A stretch of DNA of 64,000 nucleotides from Candidatus Gastranaerophilales bacterium (GCA_963931255.1 OZ006972.1:1204421-1268420); one strand, 5' to 3'; shown: positions 45,477 through 54,711, counted from the stretch's first letter. A program made the numbers and translations. Notes: a model not told the origin generated them from the sequence alone.

Positions 45477-45791
45477 CTAATTATTTCTTTTGCGTTCTTC
45501 CTGTCTTATATACTCGCAGTCTTCCGCAAGTTTTTTGTCCTCCATTTTTTCAATAAGGTCTTCAATTTTTTCGATTTTTTTTAATTCAAAACCTATTTCA
45601 GCCAGTAATACACAATCGTTGCAAAGTCTGTAATTCCCGTATTGGATTGACCCTGCAAGACATTGCTCTTTGCCGCAGCAATCACATATAAAATATTCAT
45701 CCAGAATATCAGGATTTTCTTCTATGTCATCAAGACGCATTTGTTCAGCGACTTTTTGCATTTCTTCTACTACTTCTTCGTGACTTTTCAT
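45477..45791 (-). CDS. small Cys-rich hypothetical protein (putative zinc ribbon)
   Basis: CDCCGKEQC...LCNDC. The stop lies 2 nt from the rex start. Confidence 0.6.
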   Translation of the reverse strand: MKSHEEVVEEMQKVAEQMRLDDIEENPDILDEYFICDCCGKEQCLAGSIQYGNYRLCNDCVLLAEIGFELKKIEKIEDLIEKMEDKKLAEDCEYIRQEERKRNN

Positions 45792-45811
45792 GTTTGATTA
45801 ATCCTTATTTT

Positions 45812-46522
45812 CTACTTTGTTAAATCAGCCATTTCTCTGACGGCTGCTGCGAGTCCTGTAAATATTGCACGTGAAATTATGCTATGACCTATATTAAGCT
45901 CATATAACCCTTGAATTTCATGCATTCTGTGTACGTTATCATAGTTTAGCCCGTGTCCTGCATTGACTTTTAGCCCGAGAGATTGTGCTAATTGAGCTGA
46001 TTTTTTGAGTTTTTGAAATTCTTCTTCCTCTTTTTCGGTTCCGTAAGCTTCCGAATATTGACCTGTGTGCATTTCAATAAATTGTGCGCCCGTTTTTGCA
46101 GAGGCTTTAACCTGTTCTTCATTCGGGTCGATAAATAAGCTTACGATAATTCCGGCATCTTTAAGCGGTTTTACAAAATTTGTAATTTTTTCAAGCTGCC
46201 CTGAAACATCAAGACCGCCCTCGGTCGTTATTTCCTGCCTTTTTTCCGGTACCAGACAAACAGAATGAGGTTTTATTTCAAGTGCTATTCTGCCCATTTC
46301 TTCTGTTACTGCCATTTCAAGATTTAAATTTGTTTTAAGTGTTTTTATAAGAGTTCTTACATCCTCATCTTTAATATGGCGTCGGTCTTCTCTCAGGTGT
46401 GTTGTGATTGAAGTTGCGCCGTTTTGCTCACAAATATCCGCAGCAAGTATTGTATCCGGCTCTTTCCCGCCTCTTGCATTTCTTAATGTTGCAACATGGT
46501 CAATATTTACACCGAGTAACAT
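45812..46522 (-). CDS. pdxJ: pyridoxine 5'-phosphate synthase
   Basis: LGVNIDHVATLRNARGG, IEMHTG, NAGHGLNY. Confidence 0.95.
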   Translation of the reverse strand: MLLGVNIDHVATLRNARGGKEPDTILAADICEQNGATSITTHLREDRRHIKDEDVRTLIKTLKTNLNLEMAVTEEMGRIALEIKPHSVCLVPEKRQEITTEGGLDVSGQLEKITNFVKPLKDAGIIVSLFIDPNEEQVKASAKTGAQFIEMHTGQYSEAYGTEKEEEEFQKLKKSAQLAQSLGLKVNAGHGLNYDNVHRMHEIQGLYELNIGHSIISRAIFTGLAAAVREMADLTK

Positions 46523-46537
46523 TTTGTACCTTCTTTC

Positions 46538-47875
46538 TTATTTTAATTTCATTTTGTCTATTTTTAAAAGAGCTGTGTATGACGGCAGAATAGTTACATT
46601 ATCACCGTTAACGCAAGCTTTTTCAATAGCCTGTTTTATATCAGGTTCAATAGTAATCCTGTTTTGAGCAATGCCTGCATATTTAAGTCTGGTGGCCATA
46701 TCATTTGCACGTGTACCGGATGTGATGACAAGTTTTTCTGCATTTTGTAATTGTTCAAAATCACTGTCCCAGAGCCATGAAATATCTCTGCCGTCAGCAT
46801 AATTATCGTTGATTGCTATTACTATATTTGATTTCAAATCAACGGTTTTAAGAACTTCACTTGCGCCTGTCGGATTTTTTATAAGCTGAATAAGGGTTGA
46901 ATGGCCTTTGATTATTCTGCGCTCCGTTCTTCCGAAGATTGATTTGTATGTATCGAGAGCTTTTTGAATTTCTGTCTGGTTCAGACCGTTTTCAAATCCT
47001 AAAGCGATTGCAGCAAGTGCATTATAGGCATTGTATAACCCGACAAGTTTTATCTTAAATTCAGAAATAATACCGTTATGTCTTACTGTAATTATGGAAA
47101 AATCTTTGTGAATTTTGGCATCAGCTTTATAATCACATTCGGGACGTTTAAATCCGCAGGAGCAATAATAGTGTCCTTGTTGTGCGAAAAATTGTTTTTC
47201 ATACCGGAGCGGCTTGCCGCAGATACAGTTGAACGCTTCTTCCGGTGCATTTGAATCTTTTTGTGCCTCTTCAAATACTACATCTTCAAACCCGTAATAC
47301 ACCGCCTGTCTGTTATGTCCGAAATTTGCAACTAACGGGTCATCCGCATTCAGTATAAGTTTCAGATTTTTATTTTTGTCAATGGCGTTCCGGATATACG
47401 ATGCGGTTGTGTTCAGTTCGCCGTAACGGTCAAGCTGGTCGCGGAAAAGATTTGTTACGACAAGATAGTCTGATTTTATAAAGTCATAAAGCTTTGTCAG
47501 ATATGCTTCATCAGATTCTAATACCGCATAATCATAACGTTTGAAAGGATACAAATTCAGAGCGAAAACATTCGCTATTCCTGTGAGCATATTGGCGCCG
47601 CGTACATTATGAATAACTTTTTGATGGGCATTTTCTAAAATATGCGCAATCAAGCCGGAGGTTGTACTTTTCCCGTTAGTTCCCGTAATAGTGATAATAT
47701 TTTCTTTTATATAATCAGGGCATTTGCGTAAAAAATCAGGGTAAAGTTTCAGCACCAGCATTCCTGCAAAAGATGTTCCAGAGGATTTGTTCAGAAGTTT
47801 AATCCCGAGAAATGCTGCCTTTGCCGCTATTAATGATGTATAAAACCTTAGATTACCGACTATTGTTTTAATCAT
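46538..47875 (-). CDS. murT: Mur ligase family protein, MurT-type (lipid II isoglutaminyl synthase subunit)
   Basis: ITGTNGKSTTSGL P-loop. Four-Cys ribbon CICGKPLRYEKQFFAQQGHYYCSCGFKRPECDY, as I remember it from MurT. DUF1727-like C-terminus. Confidence 0.75.
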   Translation of the reverse strand: MIKTIVGNLRFYTSLIAAKAAFLGIKLLNKSSGTSFAGMLVLKLYPDFLRKCPDYIKENIITITGTNGKSTTSGLIAHILENAHQKVIHNVRGANMLTGIANVFALNLYPFKRYDYAVLESDEAYLTKLYDFIKSDYLVVTNLFRDQLDRYGELNTTASYIRNAIDKNKNLKLILNADDPLVANFGHNRQAVYYGFEDVVFEEAQKDSNAPEEAFNCICGKPLRYEKQFFAQQGHYYCSCGFKRPECDYKADAKIHKDFSIITVRHNGIISEFKIKLVGLYNAYNALAAIALGFENGLNQTEIQKALDTYKSIFGRTERRIIKGHSTLIQLIKNPTGASEVLKTVDLKSNIVIAINDNYADGRDISWLWDSDFEQLQNAEKLVITSGTRANDMATRLKYAGIAQNRITIEPDIKQAIEKACVNGDNVTILPSYTALLKIDKMKLK

Positions 47876-47964
47876 AATTTTAAATACTACTTTGGGCGTA
47901 TTCCCTTTTTCATGTTGATATCTTATACTTCAAATATAATAATACAAAAGCAAGAATAATAAAA

Positions 47965-48330
47965 ATGTATTTCTTTATTGCAATAATTTTCATAGCAGAA
48001 TTAATTATCACGGCGACTGTGCTGTTTTTTATCACAATGGCTGACAAAAAGGTCTGCGTACTTTCTCAAAAGGTGCTTGAATCGAAAGACGGCTTGATTG
48101 AAGATGTAAAAACAGTCAGATGCGTAATAATTCAGGTAAAAGAAAAAATTGTTTCAGGCATTGAATATCTGGAAAGAAAAAAACGCAGATATCAAATTAA
48201 TATGATTAAAAATATACTAATGTATGTTTTGCTATTTAGCCTGAAAGGACGATGCAAAAAAGCTGCATCTATATGTAGCATGATTGCAATGGCAAAGGAT
48301 TTTTATGACAAAAATTATGCAAACGCATGA
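47965..48330 (+). CDS. small hypothetical membrane protein
   Basis: N-terminal TM segment MYFFIAIIFIAELIITATVLFFI and a second hydrophobic helix. No motif recognised. Confidence 0.5.
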   Translation: MYFFIAIIFIAELIITATVLFFITMADKKVCVLSQKVLESKDGLIEDVKTVRCVIIQVKEKIVSGIEYLERKKRRYQINMIKNILMYVLLFSLKGRCKKAASICSMIAMAKDFYDKNYANA

Positions 48331-48395
48331 CTTGCCGATTGTAATTGCTCCGACAATATGTTATAATAAGTAAACGAAAGACGAGGTTGATTATT

Positions 48396-48710
48396 ATGAG
48401 TAAAAATAAATCTTTTATGTTCGGAATGGGGCTTTTGGCAGGTGTTGTCGGCGGTATAGTTGCCGGCGTTCTGTTTGCGCCTAAACCGGGAGAAGAATCA
48501 AGAAGAGAGCTTAAAGAAGCTGCCTGTGAATTGTATGAAAAACATTCTCCGGCTATTAAAGAAGCTAAAAAACAAGCTCTTGAATCTGTTGATTTGATGA
48601 AATATAAATTGGAAAGACAATTGAGAAAATTCAATAATATGGTTAAATCCAGAAAGTTGTTGAAAGCTAAAGAACTTGAATCTTCTGCCGATGATGAGTA
48701 CGAATACTAA
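48396..48710 (+). CDS. YtxH-domain protein
   Basis: Trimmed to MSKNKSFMFGMGLLAGVVGGIVAGVLFAPKPGEESRRELKE (ACGAGG 9 nt upstream). Confidence 0.8.
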   Translation: MSKNKSFMFGMGLLAGVVGGIVAGVLFAPKPGEESRRELKEAACELYEKHSPAIKEAKKQALESVDLMKYKLERQLRKFNNMVKSRKLLKAKELESSADDEYEY

Positions 48711-48727
48711 CTATAAGGAAAAATTGA

Positions 48728-49087
48728 ATGGAACTATCTCAAATAGCTTTAAATCAAGGATTGACCTTTCTCGCCTGGGCAACCGGTGTTATTGTAATAG
48801 TTGTCGGCGTGTTTCTGGTTAAACTCCTGTATGATTTATCAACTCTGGCAAAGAATGTAAATGAGACATCATTACTTTTGAATAAAGAACTAAGGCCTGC
48901 TATTTATGAACTCAAAGAAACATTAGAGGCTGTAAATTCTATTATTCGCAGTACAGATAAAGGTGTTGATTCTTTGAAAACAGCCGTGGAAAATGTTTTT
49001 GGAAAAACAAAAATGATTTCCGAATCACTCTTCAACGGTATTATGAAAGGGTTTGTCACTGTAATGGGTTTATTTTCGAAAAAATAA
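48728..49087 (+). CDS. DUF948-like membrane protein
   Basis: N-terminal TM segment (LAWATGVIVIVVGVFLV) followed by helical LSTLAKNVNETSLLLNKELRPAIYELKETLEAVN. Sits between two YtxH genes. Confidence 0.55.
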   Translation: MELSQIALNQGLTFLAWATGVIVIVVGVFLVKLLYDLSTLAKNVNETSLLLNKELRPAIYELKETLEAVNSIIRSTDKGVDSLKTAVENVFGKTKMISESLFNGIMKGFVTVMGLFSKK

Positions 49088-49165
49088 CTAGCCCTAATCG
49101 GGGGTGCATAAATCCGTAAAACGAATTAAAGTAAATATGAATAAAAGAAAAGGAGTGAATTAATT

Positions 49166-49435
49166 ATGTCAGCAACAAAATTTTTAGCAGGTTTTTTGGT
49201 AGGCGGTGCTATAGGCGCTGTAGCAGGTATTCTTCTTGCTCCAAAATCCGGTGAAGAAACCCGCGCAATGATTGCAGACACTGCAAAAGATGTTGCAAAA
49301 CGTGCAGATGCAACTGTAAAAGAAATTCAGGCAAAAGCCGATGATGTTGTTTCTGATATGCAGAAAAAAGGCGATGAAATTAAAGAAAAATTACAAAACC
49401 TTATTAATCAGCAAAAACAGGAACAGGAAGCTTAA
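49166..49435 (+). CDS. YtxH-domain protein
   Basis: FLAGFLVGGAIGAVAGILLAPKSGEETRAMIADTAKD. AAGGAG upstream. Confidence 0.85.
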   Translation: MSATKFLAGFLVGGAIGAVAGILLAPKSGEETRAMIADTAKDVAKRADATVKEIQAKADDVVSDMQKKGDEIKEKLQNLINQQKQEQEA

Positions 49436-49455
49436 TTACCTGAAAAATTTAGTTT

Positions 49456-49490
49456 AAAAGTCCGCCTTATTACTCAGGGCGGGCTTTTTT
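49456..49490 (+). terminator. intrinsic terminator
   Basis: AAAAGTCCGCC / GGCGGGCTTTT stem with one G-U and an 11-nt loop, then a T6 run. Confidence 0.75.
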
Positions 49491-49618
49491 AATTACATAT
49501 TTTTATGTTTTACAATAATTATTTTTTATATTATAGTTTTTCTTATAAATCTCCTGTATACGATGTTTATAAAATCCTGCCGGCAAGTGATAGTTTTTTT
49601 AATAGGAGATAGAAGAAT

Positions 49619-50191
49619 ATGGACTTAATAAAATTTTTTGACTATATGAATAACCGCAAAAAAGTTGACGCTTCTTCGGGTTTATTTGAAGTTTTTAATG
49701 CATTGAGTCAGGAAGCAATTAAGATTACTATGGAAATCAACAACAAGTATCATACTCCGGAAGAGCTTGTTGAATTATTTTCAAAACTTACCGGAAAAGA
49801 TGTTGATCCGTCTTTTCGGATGTTTCCGCCTTTTTATACAGACTGCGGGAAAAATATTACCGTCGGGAAAAATGTATTTATAAATGCCTGCTGCCGTTTT
49901 CAGGATCAAGGCGGCATAACTGTTGGTGACGGATGTTTTATAGGACATAATGTTACAATTGCGACTTTGAACCATGATTTAAATCCTGAAACAAGAGCAA
50001 ATATGCTGCCTGCTCCGGTTATTCTGGGTAAGAATGTCTGGGTAGGTTCAGATTCAACAATTCTACCGGGGGTAGAAATCGGTGACGGTGCTATTATCGG
50101 TGCGGGTTCCGTTGTTACAAAAAATGTTGAGCCAAATACTATTGTCTGCGGGAATCCGGCGAGTTTTTTGAAAAATGTAATGCCGGATTAA
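49619..50191 (+). CDS. maltose/galactoside O-acetyltransferase family (hexapeptide-repeat)
   Basis: ITVGKNVFINACCRFQDQGGITVGDGCFIGHNVTIATLNH, GKNVWVGSDSTILPGVEIGDGAIIGAGSVV. Confidence 0.85.
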   Translation: MDLIKFFDYMNNRKKVDASSGLFEVFNALSQEAIKITMEINNKYHTPEELVELFSKLTGKDVDPSFRMFPPFYTDCGKNITVGKNVFINACCRFQDQGGITVGDGCFIGHNVTIATLNHDLNPETRANMLPAPVILGKNVWVGSDSTILPGVEIGDGAIIGAGSVVTKNVEPNTIVCGNPASFLKNVMPD

Positions 50192-50301
50192 TCATACTTT
50201 TAAGGCATAAATGAATATTCTTGATAAGTATTTGCTATTCTTCACCGTATATTATAAACTAATTGATGTGCAGGATAATACAGAAAATACAGGAGAAAGA
50301 G

Positions 50302-50844
50302 ATGGCGAAAAAAGTATTGATTATATCAACAAGTATAAGAAATAACAGCAATTCGGAAATTCTTGCCAAAGAAGCTGAAAAAGGTGCAAAAGATGCAGGA
50401 CATGAGGTTGAATTTGTTTCATTAAAAGATAAGGATATCAAATTTTGTAAAGGATGTCTTGCCTGCCAGAAACTCGGACACTGTGTCATTAATGATGATG
50501 CAAATGATATAACTGAAAAAATCAAGAATTCGGATGTTATAGTATGGGCAACTCCTGTGTATTACTATGAAATGTGCGGGCAGATGAAAACGGTTATAGA
50601 CAGAGCAAATTCATTATTCTGTTCTGACTATAAATTTAGAGAAGTATATCTGATAACAGCCTCAGCAGATGACGGCGATGATGTTGCACAAACTGTTATT
50701 AACGGCGTGAACGGCTGGATAGCCTGTTTTGACGGTGTAAAGTTCTGCGGGTATGTCAGCGGCGGCGGACTTAATAATCCGTCTGATGCCGAAAACCATC
50801 CGCAACTGCTTCAACAGGCTTATAACCTCGGTAAAAATATCTAA
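50302..50844 (+). CDS. flavodoxin-like fold NADPH-dependent FMN reductase / iron-sulfur flavoprotein family
   Basis: Trimmed to MAKKVLIISTSIRNNSNSE (AGGAG at 50291-50295). Cys cluster FCKGCLACQKLGHC. WATPVYYYEM. Confidence 0.8.
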   Translation: MAKKVLIISTSIRNNSNSEILAKEAEKGAKDAGHEVEFVSLKDKDIKFCKGCLACQKLGHCVINDDANDITEKIKNSDVIVWATPVYYYEMCGQMKTVIDRANSLFCSDYKFREVYLITASADDGDDVAQTVINGVNGWIACFDGVKFCGYVSGGGLNNPSDAENHPQLLQQAYNLGKNI

Positions 50845-50874
50845 CGAATAAAGTTTTTAAGTAAAACACAAAAA

Positions 50875-50904
50875 GCCGGTAAAAGTTCTGAGACTTCTAC
50901 CGGC
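50875..50904 (-). terminator. intrinsic terminator for the minus-strand small-gene pair; may also stop the plus-strand gene
   Basis: GCCGGTAAAAGT / ACTTCTACCGGC with one mismatch. On the minus strand it is followed by TTTTTGTGTTTT. Confidence 0.65.
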
Positions 50905-50937
50905 TTACAAATCCGCCAAATCTGCTAGTCCGTTCTC

Positions 50938-51216
50938 TTATTGTCTTGCAAAGCCCTCCTTGTGGAATTTCATGAGTTTTGCAAGGTGCCATTGTCTGGC
51001 TTTAATATCTTCTATTGAATTTTTTATCTCTTCCAGTTCAGCTAACAAGGTCGCAAGGCTTTTCCGATGCGGAATGTATACCGCTGCTGTTTGAATTTCT
51101 GCCTCCGCAGGACTGGATTCTTCAGTATCTTCGTCCGGGAAATGAGGTTCAATATCGTCTATGCCCCAGCTTGGAAGAAAACAATTTTTGTTGAATAAAT
51201 ACTTTTCTTCGTTCAT
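50938..51216 (-). CDS. hypothetical protein (92 aa)
   Basis: TAAGGA 9 nt upstream. Acidic N-terminal half, helical C-terminal half (LATLLAELEEIKNSIEDIKARQWHLAKLM). Confidence 0.6.
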   Translation of the reverse strand: MNEEKYLFNKNCFLPSWGIDDIEPHFPDEDTEESSPAEAEIQTAAVYIPHRKSLATLLAELEEIKNSIEDIKARQWHLAKLMKFHKEGFARQ

Positions 51217-51249
51217 TTCACATATCCTTAATTTTTATTTAGACTGCTT

Positions 51250-51459
51250 TTAATCTTTTTGTGAGATAAAAGAGTGGAATAAATCAACTAAATCAAACTT
51301 GCCGTATTTAAAAGCATAAGGCTGGTTTGCATAGTCACCTTCAGTAATTTTTTGTAACTCCTGCATTTGTCTGTAATCAAGTGAATTAAAATCAAAGCTT
51401 GTCATTTCTGCATAATCCACCATCATATCTTCCATATCAAGAATTTTTTTGTCTTCCAT
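51250..51459 (-). CDS. hypothetical acidic protein (69 aa)
   Basis: Trimmed to the ATG at 51459 (MEDKKILDMEDMM), with AAGGAG 8 nt upstream. Confidence 0.6.
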   Translation of the reverse strand: MEDKKILDMEDMMVDYAEMTSFDFNSLDYRQMQELQKITEGDYANQPYAFKYGKFDLVDLFHSFISQKD

Positions 51460-51640
51460 GTTACACACTCCTTATTAAACTGTTGTACATATATGTAATC
51501 GGTTTATTCTTAGTAAAACTTTAGTGTTTTTATTTATTTCGTTACATATTTTTACATTGAGAAAAATCATCTATATGAATGTTTGACTTTTTGCAAAATA
51601 TCATTAAGATAAGAAAAAGTAGAAAGCAGGAGGCTAGACA

Positions 51641-52192
51641 ATGGCTAATTATAATGGTTCATCACTATTTGCCGGATTTTATTCAGGGCTCACCAATACA
51701 TTTTCATATCTTTCACAGCTTTCTCCGGATGGTGTCACACTGGAGGGAATTAACGAGGCAAGAGGTGATTCTAAAAATAATTTATATCTAAATCAGACAT
51801 TTGCGTCTTATCTTGAAACTAACTTCAATAATATTGATAAAGATGAGGACGGCATCATAAGTCCGACAGAAATGACTAATCTCACAAACCAGATGTCATC
51901 AAAAGGACTGTCAAGACAGGATTTATCACAACTAATGATGTCCGGCATGTCCTCTGATACGCTTACTATGGTGCTTGAAAATTTTGATGCCATCGACACA
52001 AACCATGACGGATATGTTACAAATGCAGAAATTTCAGCATATCAGGTTGATGCTTCAAAGCAGGAAATGGTTGATAAATTTAACCATCAGATGGCAACTA
52101 ATATGTCAACATTCTACGGAGATGATTCATCATCTTCAGATTCAGATACATACAGTATGTTGAGCTATAAATACAAGAATATTAACGGTTAA
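51641..52192 (+). CDS. EF-hand calcium-binding protein
   Basis: Two canonical 12-residue loops: DKDEDGIISPTE (51836-51871) and DTNHDGYVTNAE (51995-52030). AGGAGG 8 nt upstream. Confidence 0.8.
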   Translation: MANYNGSSLFAGFYSGLTNTFSYLSQLSPDGVTLEGINEARGDSKNNLYLNQTFASYLETNFNNIDKDEDGIISPTEMTNLTNQMSSKGLSRQDLSQLMMSGMSSDTLTMVLENFDAIDTNHDGYVTNAEISAYQVDASKQEMVDKFNHQMATNMSTFYGDDSSSSDSDTYSMLSYKYKNING

Positions 52193-52236
52193 TATATTAT
52201 AACTAAAACTTAGTAACATTAAAAAGGGAAAAATTT

Positions 52237-52272
52237 AACGGCTTGTTTTATATAAAATAAGCCGTTTTGTTT
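52237..52272 (+). terminator. intrinsic terminator of the EF-hand gene
   Basis: AACGGCTTGTTTT / AAAATAAGCCGTT stem followed by TTGTTTTATTT. Confidence 0.65.
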
Positions 52273-52407
52273 TATTTCTCTTCGCGGTTTTTCCGGAGCA
52301 GATGCAAGTTTGTCCAGCGATTTGTAATTTTTGTACATGATGCTGGCATTCAAAGATGATTACCCGTAGAAAAGGTAATCATCTTTTATATTGCAAGAAT
52401 ATGAACG

Positions 52408-53820
52408 TTAATAAAATTTTTGAACAATTGGCAAATCAATACCTGCAAGGAAGGAGCGTTCTGTAAGGCGTGTTCCTATGCAGCATTGTTTACGTTTGTA
52501 AGCCATTCTGTATGTTTTTTTGATAACTTCATCGACAACCGGTTTATTGTATTTCTTGTAAATTTCTTCTGCCGGAATATTTTGTTCAAAATACATTTCA
52601 ATAATATCATCCAGAATTGCGTACTCCGGAAGTCTGTCCTGATCTTTTTGCCCCGGATGAAGTTCTGCAGATGGTGCTTTATCAATAATAGCCTGCGGAA
52701 TAATTTCTCCGTCTTTATTAATATAATTTGCAACTTTGTATACGTTTGTTTTTGTCAGGTCACAAATCATATTGTAGCCGCCTGCGAGATCGCCGTAAAG
52801 CGTTCCAAATCCCATTGCGCTTTCTGATTTGTTGCCGGTAGAGAGCAGAAGATATCCCCCGCGGTTTGAGAAAAACATCAAGATTAAGGCTCTTAATCTT
52901 GCCTGTAAATTTTCTTCCGCTAAATCTCCTTTTTTCTCATGCGCAATTTTTTCCATAAAGTTTTCAAAAAGCGGCGTAATAGAATGTTTTTCGGTCCTTA
53001 TTCCGAGGTTGTTTGCAAGTTCTACAGAATCCAGAACACTGCCGTCAGAAGAATACATACTCGGCATCATTATACCGAATACATTTTCAGAGCCTAAAGC
53101 TTTTACTGCAAGTGCAGCAGTCAGCGCACTGTCTATCCCGCCTGATAGCCCAAGCACAACTTTTTTAATACCTGTATTCTCACAGTATTCCTTAAGTGCG
53201 AATGTTGTTACATCAATTACCTGCTGTTCCATCGGTACTTCTTTGAACTCTGTAGGAGCAGAAAAATCAACTTTGCTGATAAATTCTTTGCACAGAGGTG
53301 CCTGCATTGTAATTTCGTTTTCTCTGTTTTTGGCAAAACTTCCGCCAGCAAATACATTGTAATCTGCTATTCCGAGAGCGTTAATATAAACAAAATTATT
53401 ATTTGTATTAATGCTTTCAACAAATTCTGTATATTTGTCAATGGCAAAATAACTGTTTTTTGCAAGAACGTATAAATCACAAATTACATCATCGCTGTAT
53501 TCATCAGCAACGTAGACTTTTGCACCGTTAATATCAAAAAATCCGTCTTCTGAAACTATTACCTCGCCATTCCGGATTAGAATATCACCTATGAGAATTG
53601 CTTTGTCAAATTGTTTTTGTGCAAGTCTGTCATAAAATTTTATCTGGCATTCCTGAACTTTGCTGTCTAAAAGCAAATCTCTGCCGCCGATATCATACAA
53701 ATCAGCTTCCGGAAATATGACAAGGTCTGCATCTGTTTGGTTAACTTTTTCAGTTATGGAATTGAAATTAAATTCAAAGTCCCCTGTTTTATATTTAGTT
53801 TGTGCAATCGCTATATTCAT
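52408..53820 (-). CDS. nadE: NAD+ synthetase with a short, probably degenerate N-terminal CN-hydrolase-like domain
   Basis: PP-loop VVLGLSGGIDSA. Synthetase domain from about aa 200. The N-terminal ~195 aa begins like a nitrilase fold (IAIAQ...LVIFPE). Confidence 0.85.
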   Translation of the reverse strand: MNIAIAQTKYKTGDFEFNFNSITEKVNQTDADLVIFPEADLYDIGGRDLLLDSKVQECQIKFYDRLAQKQFDKAILIGDILIRNGEVIVSEDGFFDINGAKVYVADEYSDDVICDLYVLAKNSYFAIDKYTEFVESINTNNNFVYINALGIADYNVFAGGSFAKNRENEITMQAPLCKEFISKVDFSAPTEFKEVPMEQQVIDVTTFALKEYCENTGIKKVVLGLSGGIDSALTAALAVKALGSENVFGIMMPSMYSSDGSVLDSVELANNLGIRTEKHSITPLFENFMEKIAHEKKGDLAEENLQARLRALILMFFSNRGGYLLLSTGNKSESAMGFGTLYGDLAGGYNMICDLTKTNVYKVANYINKDGEIIPQAIIDKAPSAELHPGQKDQDRLPEYAILDDIIEMYFEQNIPAEEIYKKYNKPVVDEVIKKTYRMAYKRKQCCIGTRLTERSFLAGIDLPIVQKFY

Positions 53821-53835
53821 AATTTTATACTCCTG

Positions 53836-54711
53836 CTATTCATCAAGTTTTATGTAATTAACTTTTTCCCAGCTCAAATCCAGATACTTAATTTTTGTAT
53901 CCATAAGTTTTACCTGCGGCAGAATTGACGGTATCCGTTCAATTCTTTCAAAAACAGTTTCATCAAGTTTTCCAAGACGGATTTTTACTGTTTTAATTTC
54001 AGCGTAAATATCATTCGGGTTTCTGAAATCCAGATAGAGAACAGGTTCTTTTGAGTAGGTTTCTATGTATCTGACAATTTTTTCAATTTTTTGTATTCTT
54101 TCTTTGTTCCATTTGTGGTAGTCATCGCCTTTGTTTCCGTAGGAGAGTACTTTTATTGTTTTATATTCCTGCGGGAGAGGGAGATATTCACGTCCTACAA
54201 GCGTTCCGTCTTTTGTAAAGAATGCAACAGGCTGAACCTTTTCATCAGGAGCTATTACGACTGACGGAATTTTTTCTCTCACTATGATATCAAGTCTGGC
54301 AGGAAAAGCATAACGTCTGATATAGACTTCGTCTACAGGTCCGAGTTTAAGAATTCTGTTTTGAATTTCCCCTGTTCTAAACAGAAACATCGGAACATTC
54401 GGGACATCTATATCATGTAAAACTTTGAAAATTTTTGCGGAGGGAACTATTTTATTCCCGACAATGCCGACATTATCCGGATTATAAACTTTGAAAGACG
54501 ATTTATCCAGATACCATTGCGGCAAGTCCACCAGAAATATTAACAGACAAATAATCCCTATACTTACAAAAAAACGAAAAATCCCGCGGATACGCTCCTG
54601 CCACATTCTGCCTTTGCGAATCTGGCGTTCCCGTTGAATTTTTTTAACTTTTTTTGCTTCAAGAATATCTTCTTCAGTCGGACATTCCTGATTGTTTTCG
54701 AATTCATCCAT
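53836..54711 (-). CDS. ftsQ: cell division protein FtsQ/DivIB-like (single TM plus POTRA)
   Basis: TM segment FRFFVSIGIICLLIFLV. Position immediately after ddl with a 1-nt overlap (TAATG). Beta-rich periplasmic part. Confidence 0.7.
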   Translation of the reverse strand: MDEFENNQECPTEEDILEAKKVKKIQRERQIRKGRMWQERIRGIFRFFVSIGIICLLIFLVDLPQWYLDKSSFKVYNPDNVGIVGNKIVPSAKIFKVLHDIDVPNVPMFLFRTGEIQNRILKLGPVDEVYIRRYAFPARLDIIVREKIPSVVIAPDEKVQPVAFFTKDGTLVGREYLPLPQEYKTIKVLSYGNKGDDYHKWNKERIQKIEKIVRYIETYSKEPVLYLDFRNPNDIYAEIKTVKIRLGKLDETVFERIERIPSILPQVKLMDTKIKYLDLSWEKVNYIKLDE

